In this document: positions 47,866-56,184 of the stretch, piece by piece
How positions within the stretch are numbered: the stretch's first letter is position 1
How the letters are laid out: every line of letters begins with the position of its first letter
DNA from: Escherichia phage EcWhh-1
DNA: 64,000 nt
Sequence record: MH791409.1
Strand: one strand, 5' to 3'
Notes under the pieces: generated by a model
What the model saw: the letters and a program-made list of their open reading frames with translations, nothing else
Databases searched by the model: none
Told to the model about the DNA's origin: nothing
Translations under genes and position numbers: made by a program

Positions 47866-48129
47866 CTATGATTCCATTATCAGACGACGTTGACGACGGA
47901 GAACCTCACCGCCGACATAAGCACGAAAAGCTTTTTTGCACTGACGAATCTGGCGCTTAGTAGGACGAACAGTAAATTCGTAGAACTCTACAAAATCCAT
48001 TTCACCTTTAGTTTCCTGAGAAAGGACAAGTTCCCAGCGACTGTTAATACGATCTGCATAAATCTTATGCTTACCGAAAGACCGGTCCCAAAAGCCACTT
48101 TTAACAGGCTTCATAATTTGGATATTCAT
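47866..48129 (-). CDS. hypothetical basic protein, paralogue of 46823..47044; start at MNIQIM
   Basis: ORF-track frame 47866..48180; ATG at 48129 has RBS GAGGAA. Confidence 0.5.
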   Translation of the reverse strand: MNIQIMKPVKSGFWDRSFGKHKIYADRINSRWELVLSQETKGEMDFVEFYEFTVRPTKRQIRQCKKAFRAYVGGEVLRRQRRLIMES

Positions 48130-48130
48130 T

Positions 48131-48271
48131 TTATTCCTCGTCTTCATGTTTATGAGCAATTTCTTCGAATTCACTGTCACAGTCTAAACAGGTTGCGTTG
48201 TCCCAAGCATCAAATACCGCTTGCTCTTCACAAACTGAACAGCCGCACACTACACATTCTACTTCTTCCAT
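48131..48271 (-). CDS. 46-aa Cys-rich acidic protein (possible zinc finger)
   Basis: Translation MEEVECVVCGCSVCEEQAVFDAWDNATCLDCDSEFEEIAHKHEDEE; read manually. Confidence 0.45.
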   Translation of the reverse strand: MEEVECVVCGCSVCEEQAVFDAWDNATCLDCDSEFEEIAHKHEDEE

Positions 48272-48478
48272 TTAGATTTCCTCAATGCGGGCATCATATT
48301 CAAAAACTTTATTGTCATTAACAAAGGCTTTCACCAGCGCATTATTCACTTCTGCATACTGCACCGTAACCCATTCAATCATATTTTGGTCACTAACATC
48401 CAGCGCAGTTTCTTTGGTAAACATATTACCATTTTCAAACCAACCAATAAACACTACGATCTCTTCTAATTTACGCAT
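48272..48478 (-). CDS. dmd: Dmd-like antitoxin (discriminator of mRNA degradation)
   Basis: From internal Met MRKLEEIVVF; FIGWFENGNMFTKE...VQYAEVNNALVKAFVNDNKV resembles recalled T4 Dmd. Confidence 0.7.
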   Translation of the reverse strand: MRKLEEIVVFIGWFENGNMFTKETALDVSDQNMIEWVTVQYAEVNNALVKAFVNDNKVFEYDARIEEI

Positions 48479-48479
48479 T

Positions 48480-48809
48480 TTAGATTTCCTCACAGAAGGC
48501 CCATTCAGCATGATAAACCGTGGCGCCTTTAGTATCATTTAAACAAACCACATCTACCGGAGCAATTACACGATAAAGACGAGGTTCTCCTCCCACTGAA
48601 CGAGCAGCTCGTCCAGCATAAATCTTAGCCAAACCGATATCTTCAGTAAAGAATACACGATTCAGGTTTTTCTTACGACCAGTTTCAGACAGAACTCCTG
48701 TTTCCTCAGGAGGACAAAGCATATTACCAATATTAGCCACACTACAACTTCCGTGATAATACACTTTATATTCTGCTTTACAGTCGATGGTTTTCATTTT
48801 GTTCTCCAA
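48480..48809 (-). CDS. hypothetical protein with N-terminal Y-H-G-S motif
   Basis: 109-aa ORF between gene 41 and dmd; preceded by a conserved early-promoter element. Confidence 0.5.
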   Translation of the reverse strand: MENKMKTIDCKAEYKVYYHGSCSVANIGNMLCPPEETGVLSETGRKKNLNRVFFTEDIGLAKIYAGRAARSVGGEPRLYRVIAPVDVVCLNDTKGATVYHAEWAFCEEI

Positions 48810-48821
48810 GTTGATAGGTCT

Positions 48822-48850
48822 ATAGTATCATGCCTATAGGAGATGTAAAC
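48822..48850 (-). promoter_or_regulatory. early promoter upstream of ORF 48480..48809
   Basis: GTTTAC-N17-TACTAT-AGACCTATCAACTT. Confidence 0.6.
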
Positions 48851-48856
48851 CCTTAA

Positions 48857-48879
48857 AACAAAAAAGGAGCCGAAGCTCC
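48857..48879 (-). terminator. rho-independent terminator after gene 41
   Basis: Minus-strand GGAGC-UUCG-GCUCC hairpin followed by UUUUUUG. Confidence 0.65.
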
Positions 48880-50319
48880 TTAAAATTTGATAGATGCTGC
48901 TAAATCGTCTAAATCACTTCTATTAACACGCGACTGGCGATTGACCTCTGCTTGGCGGTTCATTTCACCTGTAGCCTCACGAACAGTGTTCACTGGACCT
49001 GGGTTAAAATCGTCTTCAACTTCATACCAACGCTGGTTTCCTTTCTTAACACCAATCTTAAATTTGTTGTAGTAGCTCTTATCACCATAACGAGATTTAA
49101 GCTGCTTAACCATCTGCATACCCATCTGAGCAAACTCTTCTGTCTCGACCACACCTAACATGAAGTCTGCAGTATGTGCAATACCAAAGGATTCAGCGAT
49201 ATCAGCCATATCGATTTCGGCGGCAACGTTCGCACCACGAGTAGTCTGGGCTGCAGTCCACAACAATAATTTCTTCTCTACTGCAAGTCCACGTAGTTCT
49301 TCGGCAACCATCTTAATCAATCCATAACTGTTTTCAGAGAAAACTTTCGTACGGGATGAAGCACAGATAGCCAAGTAGTCGACGATAACGACCTGTGGGA
49401 CAAAGTTTTGTTTGAGCTTGTATTCGTTTAATAATGCACGGAATGTATCGGCATTAGCACCACCAGTAGGGTACTGTTTAATCTTTAAACGACCTAAAGT
49501 AGCAGTTGAACGCCACTTATCCATCTTAGCTTTATATTCAGGCCATGAGACGTGACCATCATCGATATCATCCAGTGATACATCCAGAAGGTTAGCATCG
49601 ATACGCTTAGCACATACTTCCTCTGCCATCTCCATAGAGATATAAAGAACATCATAACCGGATTGAAGGTAATCAGCAGCCAATGAACACAGTCCAAGAG
49701 ACTTACCTACGTTTGTTCCTGCCAACAATACGTTTTCAGTACCAAACTCTGCTCCACCCTTAGTAATCTTGTTCAGAATATTAAGACGGAATGGAACCTT
49801 ACGTGCTTTATCGGAATAACTTTTGAATCGTTCTTCATAGTCATCCATCCAGTCATGACCTAATTCGGAATCGAAACAAATCGATAATGCATCACGCATG
49901 ATATCTGGAATAGCACCAATACCTGGAAGTTTTCTATTTTGTTGCTCAACCGGAAGGTCGGCATTAGTTTGGATTTCAATGATTTTTGAAGTTGCATTAT
50001 ACATCGCTGCTTTCTGAACGTATTTCTCCGTTTCTTTAACCAACCATTCTTGGTCTTCGGGTCCAGCATTCAGTGAGCTTAAAAGCTCTTTAGCTCCTTG
50101 ATGTTCAACTTCTGAAAGCGTACTGTTATCTAATGCAATGCTCAATGCGTTCTTAGAAGGCACTGCATTATATTCATTGACGTGTTTTTTAATTTCTTTG
50201 AAAAGGGTCTTTGCAGGACCCTGGTCAAAATATGAATCATTCATATAAGGCCAGACCTTAGTGAAATAATCACTATTGCCTAGCAGTTGAGCCAAAATAG
50301 TTTCTACCACTTCCACCAC
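48880..50319 (-). CDS. 41: replicative DNA helicase gp41 (DnaB-like)
   Basis: 479-aa ORF with Walker A (GTNVGKS) and RecA-like core; T4 order uvsX-40-41. Confidence 0.94.
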   Translation of the reverse strand: MVEVVETILAQLLGNSDYFTKVWPYMNDSYFDQGPAKTLFKEIKKHVNEYNAVPSKNALSIALDNSTLSEVEHQGAKELLSSLNAGPEDQEWLVKETEKYVQKAAMYNATSKIIEIQTNADLPVEQQNRKLPGIGAIPDIMRDALSICFDSELGHDWMDDYEERFKSYSDKARKVPFRLNILNKITKGGAEFGTENVLLAGTNVGKSLGLCSLAADYLQSGYDVLYISMEMAEEVCAKRIDANLLDVSLDDIDDGHVSWPEYKAKMDKWRSTATLGRLKIKQYPTGGANADTFRALLNEYKLKQNFVPQVVIVDYLAICASSRTKVFSENSYGLIKMVAEELRGLAVEKKLLLWTAAQTTRGANVAAEIDMADIAESFGIAHTADFMLGVVETEEFAQMGMQMVKQLKSRYGDKSYYNKFKIGVKKGNQRWYEVEDDFNPGPVNTVREATGEMNRQAEVNRQSRVNRSDLDDLAASIKF

Positions 50320-50633
50320 CTCTTAGATTTAATTTTATCCAGTTCTTCTTGTATTTGCATTGTAACACATTTTTCTACATGAAGCGCTAGCTCTTCTTTT
50401 CGGTCTTCGGAAGGTGTTCCGAAATCAACCGACACTTTTCCATCTTTCTCAATAACAATATTCATCACATAAACGATGTGAGCAGTGCCATCGGGTAAAG
50501 TAAGCATAATTTCCTGCTTAACAGAACCCATTGACTTACGGATTATATCTAATGATTTCTCATAATAACGAGGGTCACTAGGACCCTCTTCGGTATCTTT
50601 AACAAAATTATCTAAATCAGATAAATCAGTCAT
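50304..50633 (-). CDS. 40: gp40-position protein (head assembly factor)
   Basis: 109-aa ORF between uvsX and 41 as in T4; assignment mainly by position. Confidence 0.6.
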   Translation of the reverse strand: MTDLSDLDNFVKDTEEGPSDPRYYEKSLDIIRKSMGSVKQEIMLTLPDGTAHIVYVMNIVIEKDGKVSVDFGTPSEDRKEELALHVEKCVTMQIQEELDKIKSKRWWKW

Positions 50634-51807
50634 GGTCGCTCACAAAATTCATGTTTTCTAAATCGCTTTCGATGTCAGCAGCGCTTTGGGTATTTCCACC
50701 TAATTTAACAGAAACGTTCTTAGAGACACGAGAGTTAATAAGGTCGTTCACTGCATCGTCAACTTCTTTAATAGAATTAATTGCACCGAGCTTATACTTA
50801 TTCTCGATTGCTTCACGGAACGGAGCATGTTTAAACAGTGGTCCCCAGAACTCAACACAATCGGTAGCTTTAGCACGCCATGCTTTTTCTTCTTGAACCA
50901 TTTCACCTGTGGTTTCGTCAAGGAATGCACGATTATACCACCCAGCTTTAGGTTTCACGACAAAGCCGATATCAGTAGCCATTTCAAGCAATCCACTGAA
51001 TGGGTCGATACCGCCTTCAAAGTTAACGGTGATAGGGAACGTTGACTTCTCTTTAACCGTACGAGATTTCTCAGCCTTAAGTGTGAAGTCATAACCAGTG
51101 AGCTCAGTACCATCTTTAACCTGGCGTTTAGAGATAAAGAACACGGTAGAAGCAGAGTACAGAATACCAGTACCACCACCCATAATCTCTTTAGGATACA
51201 TTCCACCAATTTCCATAGCCGTGTGGTTAATTGCTACACAAGGGATATCCTTGATGGTCAGATAAGGTGTTACGATACGGAACAGAGATTTCAGTGACTT
51301 AGCACGAGTCATATCACCTACAACTTTCTCGTTCAAAGCATCTTCGGTTTCTTTCTTAGAAGCAGTGTTACCAATGGAGTCGATAAAGATAATAACCTTT
51401 TCGCCACGAGTAATTTCTTCTAACTGGTTGGTCATATCAACTTTAAGCTGTTCGACTGACTGGATTGGTGTATGAACCACACGTTCCAAATCAACACCCA
51501 TCGAACGGAAATAAGATTCTGAAGCACCGAACTCAGAGTCATAGAACAAGCAAATTGCGTCTGGATATTTCTTCATATATGCCGCAACCATAGTTAATCC
51601 AAACAACGTTTTAAAGTGTTTAGACGGTGCAGCAAAGATTGTCAAACCTGATTGTAAGCCTGCATTCAACGCACCACCCAATGCAATATTAAGCATAGGA
51701 ATACGAGTAGGAACTTCGTCACGACCATTAAACAATTTAGATTTGGTCAGGTCGGCAGTCATTTTAGAAGTAGAAGCTTTAATCAAACGGGATTTTAAAT
51801 CAGACAT
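50626..51807 (-). CDS. uvsX: RecA-like recombinase UvsX
   Basis: 393-aa ORF; MSDLKSRLIKASTSK... nearly identical to recalled T4 UvsX over long stretches. Confidence 0.96.
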   Translation of the reverse strand: MSDLKSRLIKASTSKMTADLTKSKLFNGRDEVPTRIPMLNIALGGALNAGLQSGLTIFAAPSKHFKTLFGLTMVAAYMKKYPDAICLFYDSEFGASESYFRSMGVDLERVVHTPIQSVEQLKVDMTNQLEEITRGEKVIIFIDSIGNTASKKETEDALNEKVVGDMTRAKSLKSLFRIVTPYLTIKDIPCVAINHTAMEIGGMYPKEIMGGGTGILYSASTVFFISKRQVKDGTELTGYDFTLKAEKSRTVKEKSTFPITVNFEGGIDPFSGLLEMATDIGFVVKPKAGWYNRAFLDETTGEMVQEEKAWRAKATDCVEFWGPLFKHAPFREAIENKYKLGAINSIKEVDDAVNDLINSRVSKNVSVKLGGNTQSAADIESDLENMNFVSDHD

Positions 51808-51884
51808 TATATTTTTCCATAGGCATCATTATATTTTTCTCACGTTTTAAGATAGGGTAATTATATCACTTCACAGCTACAGCA

Positions 51885-52016
51885 TTACTTAATTCCTCGG
51901 TTGATAGCCTTATCGACTATCTTCCGAACTTCTCGTTTCTCGAGCCACACTAATAATAGCAAGCCTCCGAAAGAGAATAATAACAAACCTATAAAAAGCA
52001 ATAGAGGACCTAGCAT
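51885..52016 (-). CDS. 43-aa hydrophobic peptide
   Basis: Translation MLGPLLLFIGLLLFSFGGLLLLVWLEKREVRKIVDKAINRGIK; start overlaps the stop of the upstream gene. Confidence 0.45.
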   Translation of the reverse strand: MLGPLLLFIGLLLFSFGGLLLLVWLEKREVRKIVDKAINRGIK

Positions 52017-52903
52017 ACTACGTCCTCATAACGTGGCATTTCGTATTCAGAATGAATATTGGCACCGAAATAAATGAATTCAGCCAGACCAGGATGGAAT
52101 ACTAAACCTGGGTTCTCATGATAAATGATATGTGGTCTTGATTTCAGAATTTGATAATATTCAACCTTACTCGGTTTGAATTTAATAATCTCTACATCAG
52201 GACGATAGTCTTCGCGCTTAAATGAATCATTAGGGTCGGTGATATAAAGACGAGCACCTTCAGCGGCAGCTTGGTCTACAACTCTTTCGAATTGATAACA
52301 CTTATCCGAAATACGGAATGGATGGAAAATACCATCAATTTTAATAGGCGCTAGACCTTCAGAGTAACGCTCAATTACTGCAGGATTAATTACCTTTTGG
52401 TCTACAAAAATCTTATCAGAGGATGCACCTCGTGACATCAGGACGTCTTTCTGGCATTGATTCAAGACTGTAGTATAAAGTGAACGTTCAACTGAAGCCA
52501 CATCAATATCAATGAACTCGTCGATATAATAACGAGGAACTTCAGGGTCCATTGTGATATTAAAGTTGAATTGTACAGTATGAGCACCATCATAACCGGT
52601 GATATCGGTCACCAGTCCTGAGCAATCATAGTATTCGATTAGTGAATCGACTACAAACTCATTTTCAGACCAGAAATGTTTACGGGTTTCATAAGCATTT
52701 TCTTTATACCAAAGTGGTACGAAATTCAGTTCTGGGAATAATTCAATGCATTCTTTGATATCGCTCGAATTTCTAGGATAAGCCAGATAATCACCTGGAC
52801 GAGCACGATTTAAATGGAGTTGAAAATTACCGTCCTTAAGGACGGCATATTCACCTGTTTCGTAACTACGCATACTGAAAATAGGAACGATAAACAAACT
52901 CAT
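52010..52903 (-). CDS. hypothetical protein in the T4 bgt position; candidate DNA-modification transferase
   Basis: 297-aa ORF, translationally coupled to the upstream hydroxymethylase; no motif I can assign by eye. Confidence 0.5.
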   Translation of the reverse strand: MSLFIVPIFSMRSYETGEYAVLKDGNFQLHLNRARPGDYLAYPRNSSDIKECIELFPELNFVPLWYKENAYETRKHFWSENEFVVDSLIEYYDCSGLVTDITGYDGAHTVQFNFNITMDPEVPRYYIDEFIDIDVASVERSLYTTVLNQCQKDVLMSRGASSDKIFVDQKVINPAVIERYSEGLAPIKIDGIFHPFRISDKCYQFERVVDQAAAEGARLYITDPNDSFKREDYRPDVEIIKFKPSKVEYYQILKSRPHIIYHENPGLVFHPGLAEFIYFGANIHSEYEMPRYEDVVC

Positions 52904-53598
52904 TTCAGGAAACCTCGGACGTAGTCAAAATCACGTTCAAACACGTGTGCACTTACCATGGTGTGGGAATATGTACCTAAACCGACACCACACTGTTCAG
53001 CAATAAATGCCATCAGTTTACCCTGCAGATAGAAATCCAGCTGCATAACAACGGCGCAGTTTTGTGAACGCATATGAGTGTGTGCATACAGACGTCCATC
53101 ACGAATATAATATGTTACCGAATCGGTACACGGATATTCTAGGGATTCGTCAGAATCAAGGAGGGCTTGGTCTTGTTCTTGGAGAATTTGGAACACAACT
53201 CGTCTCGAGTTAGGCTTTTCTTTAAGCTCTTTAAGTAGGGCTGGGAGTTGGGCCACAATTCGAGGGCCATAGAAAGTGTTGAAGTTTGCAGGCAATACGT
53301 CACTTTTCGGCTTATCAATGAACTTAGCAACATTAGGGTATTCCTTAAATGCTTCGGCAGCGTCAGTACCACCAGAAATCATAAATTTCCAAAAGGATTC
53401 GGCATATTCATAACTAATACGATTGATACGTGGGTCGGTGAATTTATAGGTGCTTGCATCCAGTACTTCTACCGAAGCAGAACCAATTTCATAACAACGT
53501 CCGATACGAGAATCAACTGCAAACTGTGGAGCTTCCAGGATTTCTTCGTTCATTTGTTTAAATGCATTTTCAAAACTAACAGCGGTAATGTGTTTCAT
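52900..53598 (-). CDS. 42: pyrimidine hydroxymethylase of the thymidylate-synthase family, dCMP-hydroxymethylase-like (gp42 homologue)
   Basis: 232-aa ORF; SRR, PCTD (catalytic Cys), YYIRD and MRS blocks align with recalled T4 gp42; Asp 31 residues after the Cys (QLDFY), where thymidylate synthases carry Asn. Confidence 0.8.
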   Translation of the reverse strand: MKHITAVSFENAFKQMNEEILEAPQFAVDSRIGRCYEIGSASVEVLDASTYKFTDPRINRISYEYAESFWKFMISGGTDAAEAFKEYPNVAKFIDKPKSDVLPANFNTFYGPRIVAQLPALLKELKEKPNSRRVVFQILQEQDQALLDSDESLEYPCTDSVTYYIRDGRLYAHTHMRSQNCAVVMQLDFYLQGKLMAFIAEQCGVGLGTYSHTMVSAHVFERDFDYVRGFLK

Positions 53599-54131
53599 TT
53601 ATTCACCTTATTTTCAATATATTCGTTCAGACGTTTTAATTCTACCATATCAACATTAAGCAAATTATTATGGCCGTCATGATTTAAGATTTTAAACACG
53701 TTTTCAAAACATGTTTCGTATTGCCGGATAGTTAGGTTGAACTCATCTTTGGTTAATTTAATAAGGTCGTCTTCGAAGTCTTCGTCTAATGGATTGCGAG
53801 TTAAAATAACCTCGATAACGTTAAATTCGGATTTAAACCCTTTCCAATCTTCCAGTTCTACATAAGGGTCCATTTCACCACGAAGGAATCCTGAGTAAAC
53901 AATATTACTTGGATAACCACGGTCAAGGATATAAACGAAATTAGGGTCTAAAAACTTATACAGAGTTTCAACTAAAGCCTTATCGTTATCAGTTCCTAAT
54001 GAAATACACTTGCCATTAATCTTTTTAGGAAAATCAATAAGGCGGTATTTCTTATTGGATAACAGATTTTTAATTAAAGTGGACTTCCCGGAATTATCCG
54101 GGCCGTCTATAACAATGATTTTTGGATTCAT
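53595..54131 (-). CDS. P-loop kinase (nucleotide/nucleoside-kinase-like)
   Basis: 178-aa ORF with N-terminal Walker A IVIDGPDNSGKST. Confidence 0.65.
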   Translation of the reverse strand: MNPKIIVIDGPDNSGKSTLIKNLLSNKKYRLIDFPKKINGKCISLGTDNDKALVETLYKFLDPNFVYILDRGYPSNIVYSGFLRGEMDPYVELEDWKGFKSEFNVIEVILTRNPLDEDFEDDLIKLTKDEFNLTIRQYETCFENVFKILNHDGHNNLLNVDMVELKRLNEYIENKVNK

Positions 54132-54526
54132 GGATGATAGGCCTTATAACTATCAAGAGTTCCTTCACGAACCATTTCTTTAAAGTGGTCAGGACGGATT
54201 GCTCGGTCATCGATGATAAAAGTATAACTCGGCTTATGCGTAAGCAGATTATGATATTTCAATCCAATCTTTTCAAGGTTCTTAACCAATGCAGGAACTA
54301 CTTCAACCAAGATTCGACCTGGGCCACATGAAGTCATGCCACGGGCAGTGAATAATGTAATCTCGTACCCTTCATCATAAAGCTTATTAATCATGGACAC
54401 CATTTCGGTGTCCGGTTTAAAGTTCTCATAATCACGGTCATGGTTCCAAATCGTGATTGTGTTATCGATATCAAAACATAAATGTGGCTTATTTTCTACT
54501 CGATGCGACATTAAATTTTCTTCCAT
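54128..54526 (-). CDS. HAD-superfamily phosphatase (small, capless)
   Basis: 132-aa ORF with motif I CFDIDNTIT (DxDxT) and C-terminal IIDD motif IV. Confidence 0.7.
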   Translation of the reverse strand: MEENLMSHRVENKPHLCFDIDNTITIWNHDRDYENFKPDTEMVSMINKLYDEGYEITLFTARGMTSCGPGRILVEVVPALVKNLEKIGLKYHNLLTHKPSYTFIIDDRAIRPDHFKEMVREGTLDSYKAYHP

Positions 54527-56184
54527 TGTTTGTGGAGTTCAGTAGAACCTGTAGGTTTATATTTTACACCAGTTTCCTGGTCAAGCAAAACCCACTTATC
54601 AGGACAACGAGTAATAATTTGAGCCGTGATAGGGTCACGAACTTCATCGACAAATTCACCAGTAATAAGCTTACGCTTATGAGGATGCCGCTTCAGCAGC
54701 ACACTCAGTTGATACAAACCGTTATAATAAGCACCCAGAGCTTTCAGAGGGTTATTCTTAAAGTAACCTGCCAGCGCCATCCAAATAACAGCAATCCAGA
54801 GCTTGTGCTTAAATGTGCACATAGGAATATCGTCTAAAGGCATAACCTTTTCGATATCAACGAATACACGAGTTCCGTTACGAGTTAATCCACCCCATAG
54901 AGGGTCTGAGTTAAATTTGTCATAGCCATCGATAGAATAAAGCACCTTAGCTTCATCATAAATCGCAGGGCCTTTAGAACTATTACCGAAATAACCACGT
55001 GGGTCGATGATTTTAATATCACCTTCGTCCGACAGCATAATATTACTGTAGTGCGGGTCGCCATGAATAAGTTGGTACGGTTCTTTATGTTCAGACAGAA
55101 TTTCTAGTGCATGGCGGAGAAGTTTTTCGGGGTCGCCTACTTTGAAATCGTTAACATAGGTAATGCCCTGTGGAGCAAAGCCTTCAATCAATCCGGCAAT
55201 AGAAGCATTACGAATAAGGACCTTGTCCAACACTTCTTTCTTAACATCGGAATACCATTGCTCATCGGACGGGTTATCGATAGTTCCACCGAATGAACGT
55301 AATGCACTAATGACCTTATAAACCATGAGGACTTTAGTTTCTTTGGACATAAACCGGTAGGCATCTGCCATGGTACGACCAAAGATACGTTCCATTTTAA
55401 TGAATTCGCCTGGAGAAAAGTCTACAATGCTAGGAACGAATTCAGAATCAATAGAATTATACCAATTGATTTCTTTAGATTGAATTTCTTTACCTAATTC
55501 GTTAGTTGGTACTTTAATAGCCAGATTCTCGGTGAACTCTAATTTATTAAATTCACGGTTAATTTCAGAATCTTCATGGGCCTTGGCAAGTTTCAATTTG
55601 TCACCGACATCAACTACAAAATCCAGTTTACGTTCAGTCAAATAGACCATTGAATCCAGGTTATCAGCAAGGTCTTCGCCATAATTAGAACGGTCGAAAC
55701 CTGTCCAATTGGCTACCTGATACAAACCAACTACACCGCCACCGGTACCAATTTCACGTAAGTACGGTTCTTCAAATGTAAAGCGACAGTCAGTTCCATA
55801 GGTATAACAATAGTCGTTACCCCATTCAACTTTATGACCGATAGGAATGATGTCACACCAGTTAAACAGGACATTATGGCCAATGATATCTTCGGCAATG
55901 CAATCGATAGCATGAGCTGAACCATTAGCAACATCAACGTTACGAATAGTGAATTTAGGCTTATCACCAGTAATCATGTTAATGGATTTAATATAGCCTT
56001 TAACGAGGTCGTTAAATTTGCTGTGAATAACCAGAATAATTTCATCTGATTGGTTACTATACAAATCATACAAATGTTTTAATACCGTATGTTGTTTGTA
56101 GTTAACCAATACCTTTGGGATTTCGTTAGTAATTGGATACAACCGTGAGCCAAGACCTGCGCCTAAAATAACAACCTTTTTCAT
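54511..56184 (-). CDS. bifunctional protein: N-terminal sugar-1-phosphate nucleotidyltransferase domain fused to C-terminal APH/choline-kinase-like kinase domain
   Basis: N-terminus MKKVVILGAGLGSRLYPITNEIPKVLV matches the RmlA/GlmU G-x-G-x-R-L-Y-P-I-T...PK signature; C-terminal region has Brenner motif LIHGDPHYSNIML plus IIDPRGY. ORF-track start is 56214; the ATG at 56184 has a GAGGAA RBS. Confidence 0.75.
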   Translation of the reverse strand: MKKVVILGAGLGSRLYPITNEIPKVLVNYKQHTVLKHLYDLYSNQSDEIILVIHSKFNDLVKGYIKSINMITGDKPKFTIRNVDVANGSAHAIDCIAEDIIGHNVLFNWCDIIPIGHKVEWGNDYCYTYGTDCRFTFEEPYLREIGTGGGVVGLYQVANWTGFDRSNYGEDLADNLDSMVYLTERKLDFVVDVGDKLKLAKAHEDSEINREFNKLEFTENLAIKVPTNELGKEIQSKEINWYNSIDSEFVPSIVDFSPGEFIKMERIFGRTMADAYRFMSKETKVLMVYKVISALRSFGGTIDNPSDEQWYSDVKKEVLDKVLIRNASIAGLIEGFAPQGITYVNDFKVGDPEKLLRHALEILSEHKEPYQLIHGDPHYSNIMLSDEGDIKIIDPRGYFGNSSKGPAIYDEAKVLYSIDGYDKFNSDPLWGGLTRNGTRVFVDIEKVMPLDDIPMCTFKHKLWIAVIWMALAGYFKNNPLKALGAYYNGLYQLSVLLKRHPHKRKLITGEFVDEVRDPITAQIITRCPDKWVLLDQETGVKYKPTGSTELHKQWKKI

